From positions 1 through 10,713 of the forward strand of contig JACPBX010000027.1 of assembly GCA_016180085.1 (NCBI GenBank): DNA of 10,713 nt, read 5' to 3'. How positions within the stretch are numbered: the first letter of the stretch is position 1; the number at the start of each line of letters is the position of its first letter. Made by a program: the position numbers and the translations under genes. Source of the DNA: Candidatus Woesearchaeota archaeon. GTDB taxonomy: Archaea; Nanobdellota; Nanobdellia; Woesearchaeales; UBA10216. Positions 1 to 6,304 of the stretch are shown one piece after another. A model generated the notes under the pieces. It did no database searches and had not been told where the DNA came from. It was given only the letters and a program-made list of their open reading frames with translations.

Positions 1-373
1 CAAGGAAGGCAGCACAGTTACCGTCATAAGCTGGGGCTCAATGCTGCAGCAGGCTAAGCTTGCACTAGCCCACACTGATGTTGATGTTGAGCTCATTGAC
101 CTAAGAACGCTTAAGCCGCTCGACTCTGATGCCATCATTGCTTCGGTGAAGAAGACCGGCCGCTGCGTCATAGTTCAGGAGGCTCCACGAACCGGCGGCC
201 TGGCTTCGGAAATCATTGCGCTGATTAATGAGCAGGCGCTGCTTAACCTCAAAGCTCCAGTTGCCAGGGTTGCCGGCTTTGACACAAATTTCCCGCTTTC
301 CAGGCTTGAGGACCACTATCTTCCGAGCACGGAAAGGATTATAAGCGCGATTGAGGCAACAGCGAAGTATTAA
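1..373 (+). CDS. pdhB: Pyruvate/2-oxoacid dehydrogenase E1 beta subunit, C-terminal part (5'-truncated by window)
   Basis: The frame is open from base 2 (KEGSTVTVISWGSM...). It has transketolase-C motifs ELIDLRTLKPLD, VKKTGRCVIVQEA and APVARVAGFD. TAA at 371-373. It lies directly upstream of E2. Confidence 0.93.
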   Translation, partial: KEGSTVTVISWGSMLQQAKLALAHTDVDVELIDLRTLKPLDSDAIIASVKKTGRCVIVQEAPRTGGLASEIIALINEQALLNLKAPVARVAGFDTNFPLSRLEDHYLPSTERIISAIEATAKY

Positions 374-386
374 GACTGTGAGAAAA

Positions 387-1682
387 ATGGCTTACGAATT
401 CAAATTTCCGGACGTGGGGCAGGGCATAACCGAAGGTGAGGTTGTCAAGTGGCACGTCAGGGAAGGCGATGCTGTTAAAGAGGACCAGGTTCTTGTTGAG
501 ATCGAGACCGACAAGGCGGTTGTTGAGGTGCCCAGCCCGAAGAGCGGCTTTGTCCTGAAGCGCCACGGCAGCAGCGAGGGCCAGAAGATAAATGTTGGTG
601 ATGTCATCGTTGTTATTGGGCAGAAGGGCGAAAGGTATGTGCCCGGCAAGGCAGCTGACGTGACAGCGGCAACAGCTGAGAAAGCGCTTAAAACAGCTGA
701 GAAGAAGGATGCTGGGGCGGTTGTTGGCTCCCTGCCGGGTTCCATGGCTGATATTGAGAAAGGAATCTTTGCTATGCCTGCAGTCAGAAGGCTGGCTGCC
801 GAGTTAAAGGTCGACTTGTCAAAGGTTAAAGGCACAGGCCCAAGCGGCAGGGTTACTGAAGACGACGTGAGAAAGGTAGCGGGAGTTCCAGTAGCAGCTG
901 CAGCAACAGCAGAGAAAGCCGCGGCTAAAGGAGAGAAAGCTGGTGAAGAGCCTCAAATGAAAGTCACAAAAAAATATGACCTCTGGGGATTTGTCCGGAG
1001 AGAGCCGTTCAAGGGCGTCAGGAAGGCAACTGCCGAAAAAATGGCTCTTTCAGCATCCAAGACTGCTGCGGTAACCAACTTTGATGAGGCGGACATAACC
1101 GTCCTGGCAGAGTTAAGGGAAAAAGAAAAAGCAGCGGCGGAGAAAAAAGGGATCAAGCTGACCTTTCTTTCCTTTGTGATAAAGGCAGTTTTCGAAGCTC
1201 TGAAAAAGCCCGAACATAGCATTGTCAACAGCAGCCTTGACGAGGCAAATCAGGAAATTGTCATCAAGGACTATTATAACATTGGATTTGCAGTCGCAAC
1301 AGAAGCCGGCCTGGTAGTTCCGGTCATTAAAAGGGTTGAGCAAAAGACGGTCCTGGCAATTGCCAAGGAAGTCGGCGGGCTTGCTGAGAAAGCCCGAAGC
1401 CGCATGCTGGACCTGGCTGACATGATGGGAGGAACATTCACAATCAGCAACATCGGCTCAATCGGAGGAACTTTCTTCACTCCAATTATCAACTACCCTG
1501 AAGCGGCAATTCTCGGCATTGGCAAGATTGTCGAGAAGCCCGTTGTCAGGAACGGCAAAATCGTTGTCAGGAAAATAATGCCGCTGTCGCTGACTTACGA
1601 CCACCGCCTTATCGATGGGGCTCAGGCCGCGGCTTTTCTTAATACTCTGATAGGCTTCCTGGAAAATCCTGAACGGTTGTAA
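387..1682 (+). CDS. pdhC: Dihydrolipoamide acyltransferase (E2) of 2-oxoacid dehydrogenase complex
   Basis: One lipoyl domain (ETDKA, Lys codon 513-515), a peripheral subunit-binding domain (PAVRRLA...VKGTGPSGRVTEDDV) and the catalytic DHRLIDG motif. Start moved to ATG 387 (MAYEFKFPD), which has an SD-like GTGAG at 378-382. The track start at 351 overlaps pdhB. Confidence 0.95.
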   Translation: MAYEFKFPDVGQGITEGEVVKWHVREGDAVKEDQVLVEIETDKAVVEVPSPKSGFVLKRHGSSEGQKINVGDVIVVIGQKGERYVPGKAADVTAATAEKALKTAEKKDAGAVVGSLPGSMADIEKGIFAMPAVRRLAAELKVDLSKVKGTGPSGRVTEDDVRKVAGVPVAAAATAEKAAAKGEKAGEEPQMKVTKKYDLWGFVRREPFKGVRKATAEKMALSASKTAAVTNFDEADITVLAELREKEKAAAEKKGIKLTFLSFVIKAVFEALKKPEHSIVNSSLDEANQEIVIKDYYNIGFAVATEAGLVVPVIKRVEQKTVLAIAKEVGGLAEKARSRMLDLADMMGGTFTISNIGSIGGTFFTPIINYPEAAILGIGKIVEKPVVRNGKIVVRKIMPLSLTYDHRLIDGAQAAAFLNTLIGFLENPERL

Positions 1683-1702
1683 AGAAATTCTGTGATTCAG
1701 CT

Positions 1703-1939
1703 TTAACGTTTTTTCTTCAGAGCCATTTCAGCTCTATCAAGCGTCTTGTCGTAGGTTTTCATCAGCCTTAGCCCCAGCCAGATGATCAGGGTAACGCCTG
1801 CGCCCACAAAAAAGGGCTCTACATTAGAGGAGCTGTTTTTGGAAGTGCTTCTAGTTAAAAACGCAACTACGGTGGCTATAATAAAGACTGCTATCCAAAC
1901 CTTGCCCTTATTGGCGGCTATCATTGATTGAAAAGCCAT
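1703..1939 (-). CDS. Small membrane protein (two predicted TM helices, basic C-terminus), function unknown
   Basis: 78-aa ORF with two hydrophobic segments (VWIAVFIIATVVAFL; FFVGAGVTLIIWLGL). TATA-like TTTAAAAG on the minus strand at 1963-1970, 24-31 nt upstream of the ATG. Confidence 0.7.
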   Translation of the reverse strand: MAFQSMIAANKGKVWIAVFIIATVVAFLTRSTSKNSSSNVEPFFVGAGVTLIIWLGLRLMKTYDKTLDRAEMALKKKR

Positions 1940-2010
1940 TCAACTATCCACCATCATATGCCCTTTTAAATCTTTGCCATCGCCGAATCCTTTGAAAATA
2001 AAATAAAGAA

Positions 2011-2137
2011 ATCGGGCTCCGAAACTGGTAGACGAACCTGAAAGTTGCTGCGAAACCTTCCGGGTTCAAGCACAAGTCGAGCTGCGCTCGACTGTGCACA
2101 GTCGCAAGCTTGCGACTTGTGTCCCGGGCCCGGCGCA
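2011..2137 (+). pseudogene. tRNA-like element / tRNA relic with an insertion in the T-loop
   Basis: D-loop-like GAAACTGGTAGACG (2021-2034). T-arm CCGGG-TTCAAG[51 bp]T-CCCGG (2060-2127). TCGGGC (2012-2017) pairs with GCCCGG (2128-2133), and the element ends in GCA. It is 76 nt once the insert is removed. No canonical anticodon arm could be folded. Confidence 0.45.
2071..2121. repeat. 51-bp nested palindromic (double-hairpin) element
   Basis: Terminal inverted repeats CACAAGTCG (2071-2079) / CGACTTGTG (2113-2121). Internal hairpin AGTCGAGC-TGC-GCTCGACT (2075-2093). Perfect palindromes CGACTGTGCACAGTCG (2089-2104) and AGTCGCAAGCTTGCGACT (2100-2117). Confidence 0.9.
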
Positions 2138-2152
2138 CATAGCGTTTTCATT

Positions 2153-2905
2153 TCATCTCAAAAAATTCCACTCATCGGAACCATAGCGCTCTTTCGCCAA
2201 TTTTTCGGCGGCAGCTTTTTCTTCAGCTGTTATCGTGCCGAATTCAAACTCTTTCCCGCTTGTAAAGCCAGCAACCAGTGCGTCCTTCAGCTGTTGCTCT
2301 GTTACCTGCGGATTTATGTCCGTTACCGAGGTCACCCGCTGCTTGACATCCTCAATGAACTTGTCGGAAATCTTTTCCTTGGGCACCTTCAGCAGCGAGA
2401 ACATTGTTGCAACATCCAGCTTGTATAATATGGTGCCGTGCTGCAGCAAAATCCCGTTTCGTCTGGTTTGGGCGTTTCCCGAAATTTTCTTGCCAGCAGC
2501 GATTATGTCGTTTATGGGCTTGAACTCTGCAGGTATCCCTATTCTTCCAAGCGCATCAGCAATCCAGCCGCAGATTACATGGTAAGATTCGGTTATTCCT
2601 TTTGGAAACAAGGATTCCGGTGCAATCACGCTGTAGGTTATTTCGCCGTTGCCGTCATGGTAAACAGCTCCCCCGCCGGTCCTTCTCCTCACAAAGTCAA
2701 TACCCGTTTTTTTGCAGAGCGCTACATCAACTTCATCAGTCAGGCTTTGAAAGTAGCCAACAGAAACTGCGCTTGGCTTCCACTTATAGAACCTTATTGT
2801 CGGCAAAGCTTTCTTTGCCTTCACCGCGTCGCTTATGGCTTCGTCAAGGGCCATGTTCACCGAAGCACTGTTCGCTGTTAAGTCCAATACTCTCCAATTT
2901 GTCAT
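2153..2905 (-). CDS. lplA: Lipoate-protein ligase A, catalytic subunit (BPL_LplA_LipB fold)
   Basis: NMALDEA, VRRRTGGGAVYHD, KKISGNAQ and LQHGTILY motifs. At 250 aa it lacks the C-terminal domain. SD-like GAGGT lies upstream on the minus strand (~2915-2919). Confidence 0.92.
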   Translation of the reverse strand: MTNWRVLDLTANSASVNMALDEAISDAVKAKKALPTIRFYKWKPSAVSVGYFQSLTDEVDVALCKKTGIDFVRRRTGGGAVYHDGNGEITYSVIAPESLFPKGITESYHVICGWIADALGRIGIPAEFKPINDIIAAGKKISGNAQTRRNGILLQHGTILYKLDVATMFSLLKVPKEKISDKFIEDVKQRVTSVTDINPQVTEQQLKDALVAGFTSGKEFEFGTITAEEKAAAEKLAKERYGSDEWNFLR

Positions 2906-2946
2906 AAGAGTTTAACCTCGTGAAAATAATTGGCAACAGCAAATCA

Positions 2947-3270
2947 TTACTGTTGTAGCTGCTGTGGTGCTGAGCTTGCGCTGCTCAATGCGGTTTTGAA
3001 TGTTTTTGCTATGTACTCGGGTGTTACCCCAACAAGCTCCGCCCCTTCTTCCTCAACAAGCCTGCTAAGCGCAGCCGCAATGGATTCTTCGCTGTCTTTC
3101 TGGTCAAGATTTACTAGAAGCTGCTCTATACTCTCAACAAACTCTTCCGGGTGTATGAAGAAATCGCCTTGCATCTGGACGTCCTCTATCAGCCCGTCTT
3201 CAGGATTGAAGTCTACCTTTATCCTTACCAGCTTTCCCCCAGGCACTTTTTCAGTATGAACGCCTTGCAT
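2947..3270 (-). CDS. lplB: Lipoate-protein ligase accessory subunit (stand-alone C-terminal domain, LplB-like)
   Basis: KVPGGKL(V)R and GDFFIHPEE motifs typical of the LplA C-terminal domain. It lies directly upstream of lplA on the same strand. Confidence 0.85.
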   Translation of the reverse strand: MQGVHTEKVPGGKLVRIKVDFNPEDGLIEDVQMQGDFFIHPEEFVESIEQLLVNLDQKDSEESIAAALSRLVEEEGAELVGVTPEYIAKTFKTALSSASSAPQQLQQ

Positions 3271-3293
3271 CGCGTCAGTGGCTGCCTCAGGGC

Positions 3294-3333
3294 TTTTTAT
3301 ATTTTGCTGATTTTCTTCCGAAAGCTTGATAAA
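3294..3333. promoter_or_regulatory. Divergent TATA-like promoters for lplB (minus, 3294-3301) and aroB (plus, 3326-3333)
   Basis: TATAAAAA on the minus strand 24-31 nt upstream of ATG 3270. TTGATAAA 25-32 nt upstream of ATG 3358. Both spacings fit leaderless archaeal transcripts. Confidence 0.5.
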
Positions 3334-3357
3334 TTTTGTTCAATTCCCTTTTTGTCC

Positions 3358-4458
3358 ATGGCGGTAATACGAGTAAATATCAGGCGTAAGCCTATAAAAT
3401 ATGAAATTCGCATAGGCGAGGGTATTCTCCCGGGACAGGACTTCGCCCGCTTCGGGAAACGGTTTGTGACTATTGTTGATTCCTCGCTTGAAAACCATCC
3501 TAACACGATAGCCCTTATGCACCGCCTGGAGAAGGAGCAGAAACTGGCGAATTTGCCGATTTACCTTCCAGGTGGCGAATCCCTGAAGACGCCAGAGCAA
3601 GCGACAGAGCTGGGCAGGTTTCTGGCACGGGAAAAAATCGGAAAGATGGATCACCGCCTAATCGTAGTTGGAGGCGGGTCACTTGGCGATCTTGTAGGAT
3701 ATGTTGCCTCATTTTATGACCGCAGCCTCGGGTTCATCTATGTTGCTACAACCCTCCTTGCGATGCTTGATGCGGCAATAGGCGGCAAAAATGCAGTTAA
3801 CATTCCCGAGGGCAAGAATCTTTTTGGGAGAATCCACCAGCCCCTGTTGGTCGTGAATGATGTTTCATGGCTGAAAACCCTTCCGGGCTATCACATCAGT
3901 AATGGTCTTGCCGAAGCTGCAAAAATGGGTGTGACCCTCGACGAAGGCTTGTTTGACCTCGTCACAGGCCCTCACTCCCTGAACAGCGAATTTTACATGA
4001 CCGTCATTGAGCGGTCTGGCAGGCTGAAAGTCCCGATTGTTGAAGTGGATGAACTGGATTCCGGCCCAAGAAACATCTTCAATTACGGCCATACTGTTGG
4101 TCCGCCTATCGAGGCCGCAACGGATTACAAGGTGCATCACGGCCCTGCCGATTCCGTTGGAATGGCTGTAGAGGGTTATCTTGCGGCCAAGCTGGGCTTT
4201 TTCCCGTGGGAGGCTCTGATGAGGCAGAACAGCGGACTGGCGGCGTTGGGGCTTCCTGTGAGGCTGCGGGATGTATACAACGGAACAGCGGAAAGGCTTA
4301 TTGACTTCATGCTGGTTGATAAGAAGACCAGGGACGGGAAACCTTATTTCGTGCATCCGGTGGCGATAGGCAAAGTTTACAGGCGGGGCAGCCAGGTGGC
4401 ATTTCCTGTTGAAATCCCCGTCATTCACGAATGCCTCACCGACCTTCTCGCGCAGTAG
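3358..4458 (+). CDS. aroB: 3-dehydroquinate synthase family (sugar-phosphate cyclase) protein
   Basis: GGGSLGD, TTLLAMLDAAIGGKN, GKNL, AEAAK, R..FNYGHT, HHG and DKK motifs. From ATG 3358 it is 366 aa, which is typical length. The track start at 3151 overlaps lplB. Confidence 0.85.
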   Translation: MAVIRVNIRRKPIKYEIRIGEGILPGQDFARFGKRFVTIVDSSLENHPNTIALMHRLEKEQKLANLPIYLPGGESLKTPEQATELGRFLAREKIGKMDHRLIVVGGGSLGDLVGYVASFYDRSLGFIYVATTLLAMLDAAIGGKNAVNIPEGKNLFGRIHQPLLVVNDVSWLKTLPGYHISNGLAEAAKMGVTLDEGLFDLVTGPHSLNSEFYMTVIERSGRLKVPIVEVDELDSGPRNIFNYGHTVGPPIEAATDYKVHHGPADSVGMAVEGYLAAKLGFFPWEALMRQNSGLAALGLPVRLRDVYNGTAERLIDFMLVDKKTRDGKPYFVHPVAIGKVYRRGSQVAFPVEIPVIHECLTDLLAQ

Positions 4459-4478
4459 AGCATCCGGTTTAGGCAAGA

Positions 4479-4486
4479 TTTAAAAG
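4479..4486 (+). promoter_or_regulatory. TATA box for tRNA-Glu
   Basis: TTTAAAAG preceded by purine-rich GGCAAGA. Implies a transcription start near 4510. Confidence 0.5.
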
Positions 4487-4509
4487 CAGTCAATCAAAAC
4501 TTTCTTGAT

Positions 4510-4534
4510 TGACCTTCTTTTTTAAAGAAGGTCA
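4510..4534. repeat. 11-bp perfect inverted repeat immediately 5' of tRNA-Glu
   Basis: TGACCTTCTTT (4510-4520) - TTT - AAAGAAGGTCA (4524-4534). Confidence 0.9.
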
Positions 4535-4535
4535 T

Positions 4536-4662
4536 GCCCCTGTAGTCTAGACCGGTCAAGGATGTGGGCCTCTCGTGACCCTTTTGCGCGGCAAAAGGTT
4601 CAATCCAAAAACGCGAGGGTTAGGGAACGCCCGAGACCCGGGTTCAAATCCCGGCGGGGGCA
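4536..4662 (+). tRNA. tRNA-Glu(CTC) with a 52-nt intron at canonical 37/38 (4576-4627); CCA not encoded
   Basis: Acceptor GCCCCTG/CGGGGGC + A73. D-stem GTCT/GGAT. Anticodon stem TGGGC/GCCCG, anticodon CTC at 4572-4574. T-arm CCGGG-TTCAAAT-CCCGG. BHB motif: CTCT (4570-4573) pairs with AGGG (4622-4625), with 3-nt bulges CGT and AAC, and the intron stem GACCCT/AGGGTT. Confidence 0.95.
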
Positions 4663-4680
4663 TCCTTTTATTTTTATTAC
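4663..4680 (+). terminator. Oligo-T terminator of tRNA-Glu
   Basis: TCCTTTTATTTTTATT directly after the discriminator base. Confidence 0.55.
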
Positions 4681-4743
4681 TTATTGGTAACTACAAACTG
4701 AAAAGGTTTATTTTGATCGGGATGCTGGAATTCCATACAAATT

Positions 4744-6114
4744 CTATTTTAAGTTCCGGATAGCATTTACTCTTTCTTGAGAAGTGTTATTTGAATCGAA
4801 GACGCTAAATAGTTGTATTATCGAAGAATCAGATTTTTCCAGCTCAGTCACGTTTTTGACCAAAGTCAATTTAAGTTGACCTGTTATTCTTATAAAATCT
4901 CCAACATTAAACGGCACATCTTTCGGGACTTCCGCAAACAAGTTTATGCCACAGTCAATCAAAACTCCAGTTGAGTCATTTCGTTTATATTCAGAAGAAA
5001 TTGATATTATTTTTCCGATAGCTGTGTAAGTGGCATATTCCCCTTTTGTTGATTTTGATGCAACTGAAAGTTTCCTGACCGGCTTCGTTAACTTATCCGC
5101 TTTTGGCGGATAGCAAGTAAGTTCAAATAAGGCCTGAATTGTATTGCCCTTTTTTATCTGTTCAAATTGGCTGTTGTCGCGCATAAATCCTTTTAGCTCA
5201 ACAACATTTTTTCCCACGTTTCTTTTTTTAAGATAACCTAAATCATCGAACCTAAACTGTTCAGGTTTTTGCCCCGAAAAGCTTGCTTTTAGCCCCAAAG
5301 GCTTACCTTGAAGGTTCTTAAGGCTTAAGTGAATAATTCCGCTCATTCGTTCCTTTTTATCTGAATCCTTGCCGTGATATTTGAGTAGCCATTTTGTTAT
5401 AGTCGCATTATGAAATGGTTTTGCATTTAAATCAAAATAACCTTCACGAAAATAGTGATTATCTGATGGATAATAATAGTTGTTGTTATAATCGATATAT
5501 TGTCTGGCAGTTTCGTATACGAAGCCCCTCTTCACAGAAGAAACACGATTTGATAAAATTTCAGTTTCCTGCTTAATGTTTTCCAAGACTAATATGAAAT
5601 TGATATAGAAAGATTTTTTTCCGTTATATTTGCGGACGTCTTTTTTAACGAGCACTTTTTTAGTCGATGCCGTAATTTGCATTCCCAGGTCAACGTAGAA
5701 TCTGCCTTCTTGTTCTATGTAATCTTCAACTTTTAGTGCGCCGCTTTTGTTATCAACAGTGAACACAATGCCTGCCTCAGTTTGAATATATGCCTTTGGC
5801 ACAATTTTATCTTTAACAGCATTGTAAACCCCTGGTTTGTTCAAAGTAGATGTGAGCACTTCACGCTCAGAAGCCGTGATCGCAACTACCTCACCGATCA
5901 GCTGGTATTTCAGTCCACCAAGCTTCTTAATCTGTTTCATTTTTTCATTAGTTTTTTTAAAATCAGAATCTGCAGCAAAATGTAAACTGTATTGACTTGT
6001 TTTTAGCAAATATTTTACTATTTTTGGGATAGAATTTGATTTTCTTACTTCATAAGGAAGGTTGTCACGCCAGCTAGTATCATCATACATCGCTTTTAAG
6101 TTCAAGCCAACCAT
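4744..6114 (-). CDS. Hypothetical AT-rich protein, 456 aa, with two degenerate beta-rich (OB-fold-like) repeats
   Basis: Long uninterrupted ORF. TATA TTTAAATA on the minus strand at 6137-6144, 23-30 nt upstream of the ATG. Composition is visibly lower-GC than the flanking genes. Confidence 0.85.
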   Translation of the reverse strand: MVGLNLKAMYDDTSWRDNLPYEVRKSNSIPKIVKYLLKTSQYSLHFAADSDFKKTNEKMKQIKKLGGLKYQLIGEVVAITASEREVLTSTLNKPGVYNAVKDKIVPKAYIQTEAGIVFTVDNKSGALKVEDYIEQEGRFYVDLGMQITASTKKVLVKKDVRKYNGKKSFYINFILVLENIKQETEILSNRVSSVKRGFVYETARQYIDYNNNYYYPSDNHYFREGYFDLNAKPFHNATITKWLLKYHGKDSDKKERMSGIIHLSLKNLQGKPLGLKASFSGQKPEQFRFDDLGYLKKRNVGKNVVELKGFMRDNSQFEQIKKGNTIQALFELTCYPPKADKLTKPVRKLSVASKSTKGEYATYTAIGKIISISSEYKRNDSTGVLIDCGINLFAEVPKDVPFNVGDFIRITGQLKLTLVKNVTELEKSDSSIIQLFSVFDSNNTSQERVNAIRNLK

Positions 6115-6289
6115 AGCTTAAATTAGCCAATAATCATATTTAAATTATGTGTTTGGGTGAGATATTGCTATCCTGTGGAGTGGCGAAATGCGGAGTATTT
6201 TAATGGCTGAAGGGTTTCATTTTTTTCAGAAGATTAATCAGATGGGCTTTTCGTAAGTAAATGCCCAGAATATGTACAAAATAGTATTG

Positions 6290-6304
6290 TTCCCGCCCGG
6301 GGCA
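6290..6304 (+). repeat. Degenerate copy of tRNA 3' end (possible attR remnant)
   Basis: TCCCGCCCGGGGCA (6291-6304) vs tRNA-Glu TCCCGGCGGGGGCA (4649-4662) is 12/14 identical. Both are followed by a T-run. Confidence 0.4.

Noticed and set aside
351-386. N-terminal extension of pdhC in the ORF track
   Set aside because: It overlaps the pdhB end. The lipoyl domain begins at ATG 387, which has an SD-like motif.
2071-2121. CRISPR array or canonical BHB intron
   Set aside because: There are no regularly spaced repeats with unique spacers and no cas genes. No 3-nt bulge/4-bp helix/3-nt bulge geometry is seen at the insert ends.
1944-2428. ORFs 1944-2138(-), 1966-2151(-) and 2045-2428(+)
   Set aside because: They run through the palindromic/tRNA-like element or antisense to lplA, and show no protein-like features.
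3151-3357. N-terminal extension of aroB in the ORF track
   Set aside because: It overlaps lplB on the opposite strand and the divergent promoters. ATG 3358 gives normal AroB length.
4575-4763. 62-aa ORF
   Set aside because: It is a translation of the tRNA intron, 3' exon and terminator.
6157-6210. Possible box C/D sRNA (GTGAGA...CTGA, ~54 nt)
   Set aside because: Box C does not match RUGAUGA, and no convincing C'/D' boxes are present.
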